DNA of 64,000 bases, taken from NCBI GenBank assembly GCA_029775965.1, contig JARVJU010000010.1, positions 1,581 to 65,580 of the forward strand, read 5' to 3'. The notes under the pieces were generated by a model. The model saw only the letters and a program-made list of their open reading frames with translations, had not been told where the DNA came from and did not search any database. Every line of letters starts with the position of its first letter. Within the stretch, counting starts at the first letter, position 1. Positions 50,184-59,909 of the stretch are shown piece after piece. The translations under genes and the position numbers were made by a program. The DNA is from Nitrososphaeria archaeon. GTDB taxonomy: Archaea; Thermoproteota; Nitrososphaeria; Conexivisphaerales; DTJL01.

Positions 50184-51177
50184 ATCTATAATACTTGTAG
50201 AAGGCCTAACAAAGGTGTTCAATGCGAAGGTCAAGGCCGTGGATGATGTTTCATTCGATGTAAAGCAAGGGGAGATATTTGGATTCTTGGGTCCTAATGG
50301 AGCAGGAAAGACTACAACGATAAAGATGCTGACAACTTTGCTAAAGCCTACTTTGGGTAAAGCATCTGTGTGTGGCTATGACATAATAAAGTATCCCACT
50401 GAAGTGCGCAGATCCATAGGTGTGGTGCCACAGGAGTACACCGCAGACGAAGATATGACAGGACTGGAGAACCTCATGCTTGTTGCTTCACTATATGGAA
50501 TCCCTAAGAGTATAGCTAAAGAGAGAGCGGAAGAACTCCTGCAGCTAGTAGAACTCAAAGACGCAGCAACAAGGAAGGTGAGTACATATTCAGGCGGAAT
50601 GAGAAGAAGATTGGAGCTTGCTGCAGGACTGATAAACCATCCAAGGGTGCTATTTCTTGATGAACCTACTCTTGGCCTAGATGTTCAGACCAGGACTGCA
50701 GTATGGCAGTACATAAGGAGGCTCAAGGAGGAATACAAAATGACTCTTTTCATGACAACCCACTACTTGGAAGAGGCTGATGGTCTCTGTGATAGAATAG
50801 CTATAATAGATCATGGCAAAATAGTCAGAATAGGTACTCCCCAAGAACTTAAGGCGAGCATAGGTGGGGATGTCATTGAGCTAGGTCTTGACAATGATGC
50901 AGATGATATTTCTGCTTTGATCCATCAGATAAAGCTTGTAAAGGAAGTCAAGAGGGTGAACAGTCACTACAGAATAAAATCTGAAGTCGGAGAAGAAGCA
51001 GCGCCACAGATAATTGAACTGCTAAGGTCCAAAGGCTACCATGTTACAAGAATATCCCTGACCAAGCCTACCATGGATGAAGTGTATCTTGAATATGTTG
51101 GGAGAAACTTCAGGGAGGAAGAAGATAGAACAGATGTGATGACTAGGAGGGCTGTTCTAAGGAGGGCAAGAGCATGA
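50167..51177 (+). CDS. ABC-2 type exporter ATP-binding protein (DrrA-like)
   Basis: GPNGAGKTT, YSGGMRRRL, LFLDEPTLGLD. Overlaps padR by 17 nt. Confidence 0.9.
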   Translation: MIRMSESIILVEGLTKVFNAKVKAVDDVSFDVKQGEIFGFLGPNGAGKTTTIKMLTTLLKPTLGKASVCGYDIIKYPTEVRRSIGVVPQEYTADEDMTGLENLMLVASLYGIPKSIAKERAEELLQLVELKDAATRKVSTYSGGMRRRLELAAGLINHPRVLFLDEPTLGLDVQTRTAVWQYIRRLKEEYKMTLFMTTHYLEEADGLCDRIAIIDHGKIVRIGTPQELKASIGGDVIELGLDNDADDISALIHQIKLVKEVKRVNSHYRIKSEVGEEAAPQIIELLRSKGYHVTRISLTKPTMDEVYLEYVGRNFREEEDRTDVMTRRAVLRRARA

Positions 51178-52070
51178 AGGACGATACTATAGCTAAGGGC
51201 TTAACAGCTCCAGAGGATCAAAGCGTTCTTCATGGTCTGTGGGCGCTGACAAACAGAGAACTGATGAAGTGGTACAAAGTACCTATGCTTCTGTTTATGT
51301 CTTTGATCCAGCCTGTGATATGGCTTGGATTATTCGGGAAAGCTATGAACTTTGGAGCGCTCTTTACAGGGCAGAGCTTTAATATTCCGGGCCTTAATAT
51401 ACCAAAGCAAGTACTTGATTCAATATCATCGCAGATAATGGAGAACACTTTTGGCACAACAGACTACTTTTCCTTTCTTGCTGTAGGGATGCTTACGTTT
51501 GTGATTCTTTTTACTGCGATGTTCAGTGGGATGTCTATAGTCTGGGATAGAAGGTTCGGCTTTCTTGACAAGATACTAACCACTCCTGTCTCCAGAGGAG
51601 CAATAGTAATGGGGAAGATATTTTCAAGCGTCATCCGTTCACTTGTTCAGGCTGCAGTGGTGCTCATAGTTGCTGTTCTACTTGGCATGGATATCTCCAA
51701 ATTCTCGGTCACAGGTTTGCTTGGTACCTTTGCTGGTCTCTTTCTTATGACTATAGGACTCTCATCCCTCTTTCTTATGCTTGCACTGCGTTCTACTGAC
51801 TGGCAGACGCAGATGGCCATCATGAATCTGCTTAACCTTCCTCTACTCTTTGCCAGTAATGCACTCTTTCCAGCCAAGTTGATGCCAACATGGCTTGAAT
51901 ACGTTGTTAGAATAAACCCGATAAGCTATGGTACAGATGTTGGAAGACAACTTTTGCTCGGTTCAGCGGGGATGGCGAGTCTATGGTTCGATTTTGCCTA
52001 TCTAGTAGCCTTTGCTATAATATTTTCCGCTGTTGGCATAATCCTGTCATGGAGATATCTGACTCAGTGA
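51174..52070 (+). CDS. ABC-2 type transporter permease
   Basis: 6 TM, ABC-2 membrane layout. ATGA overlap with the ATPase gene. Confidence 0.85.
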   Translation: MKDDTIAKGLTAPEDQSVLHGLWALTNRELMKWYKVPMLLFMSLIQPVIWLGLFGKAMNFGALFTGQSFNIPGLNIPKQVLDSISSQIMENTFGTTDYFSFLAVGMLTFVILFTAMFSGMSIVWDRRFGFLDKILTTPVSRGAIVMGKIFSSVIRSLVQAAVVLIVAVLLGMDISKFSVTGLLGTFAGLFLMTIGLSSLFLMLALRSTDWQTQMAIMNLLNLPLLFASNALFPAKLMPTWLEYVVRINPISYGTDVGRQLLLGSAGMASLWFDFAYLVAFAIIFSAVGIILSWRYLTQ

Positions 52071-52460
52071 GAGGTTTGGTGTATGTCATCAAGAATTCGG
52101 ATTTACCACATAAGATCGATATGCCTAACATTATCCTGCTTCTATAAAAGTGAAAAGGGTGCCTTATCCTTATGCTAAGTATATATCAGCTGGATAGAGG
52201 TTTTGAGTCTGCGCTACATGATTCTACATCCTTATATCAAACTCGCGGTGCCGTGGCTGAGGCCATTAAATGCAAAATAAAGAACTTTTTAACATGTAGA
52301 ATGCACAGTTCGAACAAATCAACTCTTGTTGTTATCCTAGACATGTATACTTGGAAAGCTGTGAAAATAAGCCATAACCATACGAAGCTAGACAAAAATT
52401 CAGACAGTCTCTTGAAGTTTGATAAGTGGTCTCATGGGATAGGATAAAGAGGGATGATAT

Positions 52461-53150
52461 TTGCCTAGCATAGCGATAGAAGCTTCTGAACTTACGAAGG
52501 TGTATGGGAAAGGCAATGCCAAAACTTATGCGTTAAGGGGAGTAAGTTTCAGCATCGAAAAGGGAGAATTCATTGCAATAAAAGGCCCCTCGGGTTCTGG
52601 AAAGACGACATTGCTGAATATTATAGGTGCTCTGGACAGGCCTACTTCAGGAAAAGTTTTGCTCGACTCTGTAGATATTTCCAAGCTTCCAAGTTCCAGT
52701 CTCGCAAAGATAAGAAATACCAAAATCGGTTTTGTCTTTCAACTCTTTAATTTGATAGGGAGGATGACTGTACTTGAAAATGTTGAAGTTCCTCTGCTTC
52801 TTAGAAACATAACATCAGGACAAAGGAGAAGAGTGGCCATTAGTCTACTTGAAAGCCTTGGGCTGGGAAGCAGGGCTAATCTAAGACCAGACCAACTGAG
52901 CGGAGGCGAGCAACAGAGGGTAGCGATAGCTAGAGCCCTTGCTACTAATCCAGACATAGTGCTGGGCGATGAGCCAACTGGCAATTTGGACTCAAAGAAT
53001 GCAGATGCTGTGATGGACATACTTCAGCGATTAAACGAAGAGCAGGGAAAGACATTGGTCATAATTACTCACAGCGAAGAAGTGGCAAGGAGAGCTAGGA
53101 AGATAATTCACATCAGAGATGGCCTGATAGAGAGGATAGAGGTGAACTGA
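52461..53150 (+). CDS. ABC transporter ATP-binding protein, MacB/LolD/FtsE type
   Basis: GPSGSGKTT, FVFQLFNL, LSGGEQQRVAIARAL, GDEPTGNLD. TTG start. Confidence 0.9.
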   Translation: MPSIAIEASELTKVYGKGNAKTYALRGVSFSIEKGEFIAIKGPSGSGKTTLLNIIGALDRPTSGKVLLDSVDISKLPSSSLAKIRNTKIGFVFQLFNLIGRMTVLENVEVPLLLRNITSGQRRRVAISLLESLGLGSRANLRPDQLSGGEQQRVAIARALATNPDIVLGDEPTGNLDSKNADAVMDILQRLNEEQGKTLVIITHSEEVARRARKIIHIRDGLIERIEVN

Positions 53151-54764
53151 TTGCTGGGTCGACCTTTCTTATCAGTTATAATAATCTTGTTGTTTATCGG
53201 TATCGCGGAGCCTGTTAACGCATCAGCTTGTCCTTCTACTATAAGCCCTTTCAGTGTTATCAGTACATCTTTCCCTCAGACAGCTGTAGGGATAGGCCCG
53301 GGAGCACAAAACGTACCTTTTACTGTAAGCCTGGTATACACAGGTGGTTGCCCTATAAGCTATGCCCAGTTTATCCTTGGTATAAAGTCTCCTTTTTCTG
53401 CTCCTAGTGGAGCCACAACCGAATCAGAATATCAGGTAAATCTGCAATCATACGCTATATTTCAGATAAGCTACAACCTGAACGTAGCGTCTTATGCCAA
53501 GGTAGGAACATACAATCTGCCACTTTCCATTTATTATACACCATCAAACAGTTCACAGTTTGTACAAAATATCACGTTGCCCGTGTATCTGCTTGGCTCT
53601 GTCTACCTCAATCTATCTTCTTCAGGCTCAGAATATTCACTCCAGGCTGGACAGGTTAACAACGTGACCTTTACAATAGAAAACGCCGGTTCAGGAAATG
53701 CAACACAGATAACATTGGCCTTGGCTCAGCCAGTCCAAGGATTAAGCATTCTAAATCAGTTTCCAAGGTTTGACTCGCTACCTACTGGGTCAAATTATTC
53801 CTTTGGCATCAGCATATACGCATCTAACCAAGTAGCTGGTTCAGCAATCACACTTCCGATAATGATAAGTTATGTGAATTCATATGGTTTGCAGGAGCAG
53901 CAAGAAATTCAGATTGGGTTCTATGTTCAGGGTAGCTCCCAAGCTAGTCCCGTATCTGTCTCTGTGTTGACACCTCAGGTATCTGTTGCTGGAAGCTCTG
54001 AGCTGAAAATTCTTATCACAAACAATGGAAATTATCCTATATATTCACCGTCTTTTACACTAACCATGCCTGCTGGCTTCGCAGTTACTGCGAATTCTAG
54101 CTATACATACCAGCATGTAATAGAACCTGGCCAGAGCTTTGAACTTGATACAGGCATAAGCACAGGACCTAAAACAGCTGAGGGAGCCTATACTGCTACT
54201 CTCACAATGAGCTATTCCGATAGCGCAGGAAACCAGAAGACTACATCATTTCCTCTCGGCTTCTTAGCAGTGGGCTCAATAGACCTTTTCTTACAGGGTG
54301 TGACCGTATCTACATCCCAAAGAGTTGCAACTCTAAGCGGAACTCTACTTAACGAAGGTTCTACTTCTGGCTATTATCTAGAAATGTCAGGAAACATGAC
54401 TATGCATGGCAGCATTATAGCCGAAGGAAATACATATGTTGGAGAAGTTGATCCTAACACACCAGTACCATTTAGCATAAGCTTTCCTTTACCAGCTGAT
54501 GTATCCAACGGAACTGTATCTGTGTACCTGAATGCAAAATATGCAAACGATTATGGGACAAACTTCAGCTATAACTTCCCAGTACAAAACTATCAGCTAG
54601 TGCTTAGCATTGGTCAAAACAATATTCAAAAGGTTCGTTCAGGGCCGACTTTGTTTACTCTGACACTTATAGCTCTACTGGTTATCGTAATTGTTGCTTT
54701 GATTATAACTCTCCTGCTAAGTAGAAGAAGAAGGAGTAAAAGTTTGGATGAAAAAGTAGTTTAA
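53151..54764 (+). CDS. Extracellular beta-rich Ser/Thr/Asn-rich protein with signal peptide and C-terminal TM anchor (COG1361/CARDB-like)
   Basis: Signal-like FLSVIIILLFIGIAEPVNASA. Repeated about 100-aa beta-type segments with many NxS/T sequons. C-terminal LIALLVIVIVALIITLLLSRRRR. Encoded between the ATPase and permease genes. Confidence 0.65.
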   Translation: MLGRPFLSVIIILLFIGIAEPVNASACPSTISPFSVISTSFPQTAVGIGPGAQNVPFTVSLVYTGGCPISYAQFILGIKSPFSAPSGATTESEYQVNLQSYAIFQISYNLNVASYAKVGTYNLPLSIYYTPSNSSQFVQNITLPVYLLGSVYLNLSSSGSEYSLQAGQVNNVTFTIENAGSGNATQITLALAQPVQGLSILNQFPRFDSLPTGSNYSFGISIYASNQVAGSAITLPIMISYVNSYGLQEQQEIQIGFYVQGSSQASPVSVSVLTPQVSVAGSSELKILITNNGNYPIYSPSFTLTMPAGFAVTANSSYTYQHVIEPGQSFELDTGISTGPKTAEGAYTATLTMSYSDSAGNQKTTSFPLGFLAVGSIDLFLQGVTVSTSQRVATLSGTLLNEGSTSGYYLEMSGNMTMHGSIIAEGNTYVGEVDPNTPVPFSISFPLPADVSNGTVSVYLNAKYANDYGTNFSYNFPVQNYQLVLSIGQNNIQKVRSGPTLFTLTLIALLVIVIVALIITLLLSRRRRSKSLDEKVV

Positions 54765-54765
54765 A

Positions 54766-56046
54766 TTGCAGGGGGCTATTATCTTGAAAATTTTAGACCT
54801 TCTGAGATTTTCTTGGCGTGCAATGACAGACAGAAGACTCAGAACCACCCTTACTATATTAGGCATAATCATCGGTCCAGCTACAATAGTTGCTCTGTTG
54901 GGAGCAACACAAGGCTTCAGCAATTCTGTCACAGAAGCCTTCGCAAAAACAGGAACGAATAGTATTTTTATTCAGCCTACAGGCAGAAATTATCTTACGA
55001 GTAATGATGTAGCAACTCTGCAGAAGTTGCAAGGAGTTTCTGCTGTGGTGCCCTACTATCTTCTTGCAGGAACGATTACTCAAGGTGGCCAGACAATCAC
55101 TGTACAGGTTATGGCTGGAGATTTCTCTGAGCTCTATAAGGTACTACCAGGGCTGACTTTGGCTGAAGGGAACGAACCCGCAAGCTCAGACCTTGCTGGT
55201 GCAGATGTAGGGTGGTTAATAGCGAACCCGAATGTTGCTGGAGCCACGAATATAAGTCTGAATCAGATAGTGACCGTTTCGTTCTCTGGATTTAATGGTC
55301 TTGGTGTAAGTGGTGCAAGCGGCGAAAAATCGTTTATAGTTAGAGGAATATTTGCGCCATATGGGCAGGGCTTTCTTATAAATCCAGATGAAGGTATATT
55401 CATACCTTTGGCAGAGGGACAGGCTATTTTACACAGCTACAAGTACAGTGGTATAATAGTTGTAGCATCAAATACAAGTGTAGTGAATCAAGTAGTAACA
55501 GAGATAACAAACCAATATGGCCAGAGTGTAAGGGTTACAGCCGTAACCCAGATACTTAATACAATACAGTCCATAACAAATGGTATAGGGACTATTCTAG
55601 CTTCTGTAGGAGGTATTTCGGTAATAGTTGCTTTTATAGGAATAATGACAACTATGTTCACTACAGTTGTGGAGAGACAAAGAGAGATAGGTACACTTAA
55701 AGCTTTAGGTTATACGAGCAGGAATATACTTTCGATCTTCATCGTGGAAGCTGCAATGACTGGTTTTATAGGCGGTGTTATAGGTGCAGGTGCTGGTGTT
55801 GTACTATCCTACTTGGTTGTAAGTCTCTTCTCTGGTTTCGGTAGTACGGCAAGGCCTCCTCAAAATAGCTCTAATGGCGCAGGTTTTTCAAGCTCTTTCA
55901 GTAGTTTGCACATAGTTCCTGCCATAAGCCCAGAGCTTATAATTCTAGCTATTCTGCTAGCAACATCAGTTGGCGCATTAGCTGGATTTATTCCAGCTTG
56001 GAAGGCATCTAGGCTTACACCCATAGAGGCGCTCAGGTACGAGTAA
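54766..56046 (+). CDS. MacB/FtsX-type ABC permease with large extracytoplasmic domain
   Basis: RLRTTLTILGIIIGPATIV (TM1), a ~240-aa loop, then the FtsX domain (ERQREIGTLKALGY). Confidence 0.85.
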   Translation: MQGAIILKILDLLRFSWRAMTDRRLRTTLTILGIIIGPATIVALLGATQGFSNSVTEAFAKTGTNSIFIQPTGRNYLTSNDVATLQKLQGVSAVVPYYLLAGTITQGGQTITVQVMAGDFSELYKVLPGLTLAEGNEPASSDLAGADVGWLIANPNVAGATNISLNQIVTVSFSGFNGLGVSGASGEKSFIVRGIFAPYGQGFLINPDEGIFIPLAEGQAILHSYKYSGIIVVASNTSVVNQVVTEITNQYGQSVRVTAVTQILNTIQSITNGIGTILASVGGISVIVAFIGIMTTMFTTVVERQREIGTLKALGYTSRNILSIFIVEAAMTGFIGGVIGAGAGVVLSYLVVSLFSGFGSTARPPQNSSNGAGFSSSFSSLHIVPAISPELIILAILLATSVGALAGFIPAWKASRLTPIEALRYE

Positions 56047-56047
56047 G

Positions 56048-56788
56048 CTATGATTTCTTGGCCCAGCAGAGTCTTGCTCCTAATTTCAAAGTGCTTGATA
56101 TATTCTGGAACCCTGTTCTCTCCAGCGCTTCCTCTATCTTTTCTTCCCATACTGAATTGATTATAAGATTAGGAAGGTTCAGAAAAGTATATGCAATTGC
56201 TTTCTTAATGGCTAGCATAAGATAACCCAAAAGCTTGAGTGCACCATATGCGTAAAGAGCGTGCAAAGGAGCAGATACTCCAGAAGGTTTGGAAAAGTCA
56301 TAAAGACCGAGCTTCCCTCCTCTTTTTAGTATCCTGTACACTTCATTTACAAAGGTAAACGTGTTGCAATACTTTACTACGTAGCAAGAGAAGACTGTAT
56401 CAAACGCATTATTTCTAAGTGGAAGTTTCTCGGCATCACCAAGCACAAGCTCCAGCGAAGAAAATCTTTTTTCCTTAGCTAAATAAAGCATATCTAATGA
56501 AATATCTATTCCACATATAAACTCTTGATCTGTCAAGTAGCCTTCGAGCAGCGCTGTCCCAGACCCTACATCTGCGATTTTGGCTCTTTTTGGAGTATCA
56601 ATATACCGCAATAGAGAAAACTTCCATGCTCTGTCCCGATAGAAAGTCATAAGCATAACGACACTATCATAATAGGCAGGTAGAGTGCTGAATATCGTTC
56701 TTGCTATTGCCTTTACACTAATCGATGCTTGATTGCTTGATTCCATCAAACTTAATAATGTGAATACTGATTTAAACTGATCTACCAT
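56048..56788 (-). CDS. Class I SAM-dependent methyltransferase, UbiE/MenG-like
   Basis: YYDSV...DRAWK, motif I IADVGSGTALL, FDTVFSCYVVKY, LKRGGKL. An alternative start is M15 at 56746. Confidence 0.78.
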   Translation of the reverse strand: MVDQFKSVFTLLSLMESSNQASISVKAIARTIFSTLPAYYDSVVMLMTFYRDRAWKFSLLRYIDTPKRAKIADVGSGTALLEGYLTDQEFICGIDISLDMLYLAKEKRFSSLELVLGDAEKLPLRNNAFDTVFSCYVVKYCNTFTFVNEVYRILKRGGKLGLYDFSKPSGVSAPLHALYAYGALKLLGYLMLAIKKAIAYTFLNLPNLIINSVWEEKIEEALERTGFQNISSTLKLGARLCWAKKS

Positions 56789-57449
56789 GGAGCCCCCTGT
56801 AGAACCGGATCTTTACGGGCCGTGGAGGCGCAATGTATGGATATACGGCTTACGAGTACCCTTCAGTCTTATCTTCTTAGGATGGATCACTTTTGCACAG
56901 GCGCTATCACCGGCTTTTAGTTTCAAAATATATTCCCTTACATTACTGGCAAGTTTTCTAGGCCTCGTTGTTGGGGCGCATTACATAGATATAGCAACAA
57001 GCATCAAAAAATTTTCTCCATATTTTCCTATTCCAGCAAAGAAGATGCTCGTTGTAGGTATACTGGGTGTGCTTGCTGGTGTATCAGTTGGAATGTACTT
57101 GGCTATAATACTGAGTCTGCCTATCTTTCTAATCTTTGTGCTTGTAGAGGGATTTGCAGCAATAGCATATCCAAGGGAGATATCGAAGCCATTTCATTCC
57201 TACTTTGCTTTTGGATTAACGTGGGGCTCTCTTCCCTTCTTGGCCTGTTACTTCGTCCAAGCAAGATCATTTAGCTTGTTATCCTTAGCAGTATCTGCTT
57301 TTGTTGGTATTAGTGTAGTAATAATGCACCACATTGCTATAATGACCAGGGAATCATCAGACTGGAAGAATGCACTATATCTTTTGAAGTTGTACAGATA
57401 TTCTATCTACATACTTGCTATAGTTTCTCTTCTAGGCAGGCTTCTCTGA
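56787..57449 (+). CDS. Polytopic membrane protein, unknown function
   Basis: 220 aa, about 6-7 TM. No motif recognised. Its ATG overlaps the divergent methyltransferase ATG (CATG). Confidence 0.5.
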   Translation: MEPPVEPDLYGPWRRNVWIYGLRVPFSLIFLGWITFAQALSPAFSFKIYSLTLLASFLGLVVGAHYIDIATSIKKFSPYFPIPAKKMLVVGILGVLAGVSVGMYLAIILSLPIFLIFVLVEGFAAIAYPREISKPFHSYFAFGLTWGSLPFLACYFVQARSFSLLSLAVSAFVGISVVIMHHIAIMTRESSDWKNALYLLKLYRYSIYILAIVSLLGRLL

Positions 57450-58139
57450 GTCTCTGCCATCTATCTCCTTGCTGGAATATTGCATTTTCATCTGTCCTCC
57501 TATCCAGTTTAATGAATAGTTGAGCGCGCCAGACTTCTGTACTCCTCTGTAGATTATCCATGAGCCTGTTATTGTTATTATGGCATGTATTATGTTAAAA
57601 AGACCTGTGATCAAGGTAACAATTATAGCAATTGCAAGAGCTCCTGTAACGTCTATGCCTATAGCTCTAAGCGCCTGTGATGCAAAGCTGAGGTATGTGG
57701 AGGGGAATATTATATAGTATAAGACAAATGTTACAGGTATCATGATAATAAAACGTAGTATGGTGCCCCATACTAGAAGGTATGAGTAGTTTCTTCGCGA
57801 GCTGAAGTTTGATGAGACAAATAGACTACCTATGTACATGCCGAGCATTGTTGCAAATACTGCCATGAATTTCATAGTCGGTCCTATAACCGGATCGAAG
57901 CTTGCTGAGAGATTAAGCATCAACCAATGTATAGTTGTTACAGCAAGACCGCCAGATGGGCCTAGCAACAAAAAGGCCAACGCGTCTGGTATTTCAGCAG
58001 CATCGAACCTGAGAAAAGGCATAAGTGGGAATGGGACAGACAGCCCGGATATTGATATGAGTGCAGCTGAAGCTGCAAGGACCGCAGCCAGAGAAATCCT
58101 TCTGGTATCTGGTCTTTTTTGCTTTTGCAAAGTAGTCAT
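57432..58139 (-). CDS. ECF S-component-like membrane protein, paralog of 46884-47561
   Basis: TRRISLAAV...SVPFPLMPFLRFDAAEIPDALAFLLLGPSGG aligns with TRRTELVAG...AIPFPPLPYLTFDFGQIPVVIATLLYGPLAG. Confidence 0.55.
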   Translation of the reverse strand: MTTLQKQKRPDTRRISLAAVLAASAALISISGLSVPFPLMPFLRFDAAEIPDALAFLLLGPSGGLAVTTIHWLMLNLSASFDPVIGPTMKFMAVFATMLGMYIGSLFVSSNFSSRRNYSYLLVWGTILRFIIMIPVTFVLYYIIFPSTYLSFASQALRAIGIDVTGALAIAIIVTLITGLFNIIHAIITITGSWIIYRGVQKSGALNYSLNWIGGQMKMQYSSKEIDGRDSEKPA

Positions 58140-58194
58140 TATAGCTCCCCATTCCAGCCATAATAGATTAATGATTATATAAAACTATTATGAC

Positions 58195-58482
58195 TTACTT
58201 GACATACAAGGAGGAAGCCACTTCAACAAGCGCGGTCAATTTCTCCCTGTTCTGAAGATATGGTACTCTTGATCTGCCAACTTCATGTATACCAAGTATG
58301 CCAGCTTCCCTCAGTTTTTCAATATGCCTGTATGCTGCGGCATAATCCAGCTTTAGCTCCCTTGCAATACCCTTGACGTGAATTGGCCTATTTGACAGCA
58401 GGATAAGGTTCACTATTTTTAGTCTCTGCTCATTCGACAAGGCATCAAAGAGCTTGACCAGGTTGTTTATATCTGCCTGCAT
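58195..58482 (-). CDS. ArsR-family wHTH regulator
   Basis: LFDALSNEQRLKIVNLIL...IHVKGIARELKLDYAAAYRHIEKLREAGIL. Confidence 0.8.
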   Translation of the reverse strand: MQADINNLVKLFDALSNEQRLKIVNLILLSNRPIHVKGIARELKLDYAAAYRHIEKLREAGILGIHEVGRSRVPYLQNREKLTALVEVASSLYVK

Positions 58483-58584
58483 AATATCATGGTAAAAAAG
58501 ACATACTAATAATTGTTTTATTCATTTACAATTAGCAACAATATCAAGCTTCTTTACAATCATTTTTATAAAACCTCTTCTGAA

Positions 58585-59859
58585 ATGCACAAGGCCTTGA
58601 GCCTGTTTGCGCCTGGGGAGTCACAGCATATAGTAAAAACAATCAGTGCAGAGCTATGCCTCAGGTGCAGGTTTGCAAAGCTACTTTGCGGGCGACCAGT
58701 CTGTCCTATTCTGCTCAAGCTTGATGCTTATAATAATGTGTCAAGAATTCTTTCAAAAGAAGTATCAGGAGATACTCCTCCGGCTGCTTTTGTAGGTACA
58801 AGCGGGTATCCCAATGTATCTGTAGGTCCACTTTTACCCCCTTTGCATGGGGATACAAGGATATATGATGAACCCGAATTATGGTATGGATTAGGCTTTC
58901 AGGAAATTGTAAATTTAAGAACCTTTATGGTTCGGGGTAAGGAAAGATATAATGTCAATGATGCGAATCAAGCAAAGGGTTTGCTGTACGACCTTCAAAT
59001 CTCGAACCTTGCGATCAGACCAGTTAGCGCTGAAATGGTATTCTCAAAACAACCATCTTCTACAGCTCACTTTGATGATGATTCTCCTCCTTTTGGACCA
59101 TCGGCTTGGTTAAAAAAGTACAGGTTGAATTCTCAAAACTCCGATAGAAGGTTAGAGTATGTATTTTATGACAGAGACCTGGGCTCAACAGAGGGAATTA
59201 TCACACTGTATACAAAAGGGATAAGTGTGAATTCTATTCAAAGACTGCTCAGCGTAGGTATGCTGGGTAGGAAGAGGAGGCTTGTTCCAACTAGATGGAG
59301 CATAACTGCAGTTGATGATGCTATCTCTAAATGGTTACTTGAAAGAGTAAAGCAGAATACTACGATTGATGACTTTAGAGTATTTATAAAAGACTATCTT
59401 GGCAGCAGGTATGTTATTATAATGCTGCCTTTTCAGTTCAGCTTCGAATGGATAGAGGCTTGGTATCCGAAAACCACGTTTAATCCTTCAACCTCTGAAG
59501 TCTACAGTATTGGAGATTTCGAGGGGCAACGAGGCAGAAAGAGCTATGCTGCCCCTGGAGGATGCTATTATTCTGTCAGGCTGGCAGTTTCGGAGTATCT
59601 GGACAGTATAAGAAGGCAAGCAGCTGTTATAGCACTCAGGGAAATCTATCCTGGCCAGATATTGCCTTTAGGGGTGTGGAATGTAAGAGAAGCGATAAGA
59701 CATGCATTGAAGTCTAGCTATAAGTCGTTTGATTCTATAGAGTCATCTGTGAATTTTGCCCTCTCAAACTTGAGAATGGGGGAGAGATTCTGGCGTTCGA
59801 ACAGCAGAATTCTGAGGCAATTTATGTTGCAAAACAGTTTAGACATGTTCATAACATGA
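58585..59859 (+). CDS. nreA: Nre-family archaeal DNA repair protein (NreA-like) with C-terminal PIP-like box
   Basis: N-terminal CLRCRFAKLLCGRPVCPIL. The central and C-terminal blocks (LVPTRWSITAVDD, GGCYYS, PLGVWNVRE) fit DUF650/DUF651. The tail QNSLDMFI (59830-59853) fits QxxLxxF(F/I). ATG 58585 is preferred over 58513. Confidence 0.78.
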   Translation: MHKALSLFAPGESQHIVKTISAELCLRCRFAKLLCGRPVCPILLKLDAYNNVSRILSKEVSGDTPPAAFVGTSGYPNVSVGPLLPPLHGDTRIYDEPELWYGLGFQEIVNLRTFMVRGKERYNVNDANQAKGLLYDLQISNLAIRPVSAEMVFSKQPSSTAHFDDDSPPFGPSAWLKKYRLNSQNSDRRLEYVFYDRDLGSTEGIITLYTKGISVNSIQRLLSVGMLGRKRRLVPTRWSITAVDDAISKWLLERVKQNTTIDDFRVFIKDYLGSRYVIIMLPFQFSFEWIEAWYPKTTFNPSTSEVYSIGDFEGQRGRKSYAAPGGCYYSVRLAVSEYLDSIRRQAAVIALREIYPGQILPLGVWNVREAIRHALKSSYKSFDSIESSVNFALSNLRMGERFWRSNSRILRQFMLQNSLDMFIT

Positions 59860-59909
59860 CAGCTCGGTAGATGATCGATGACAATTATTCTATGGGATGT
59901 CTTTAGAGT

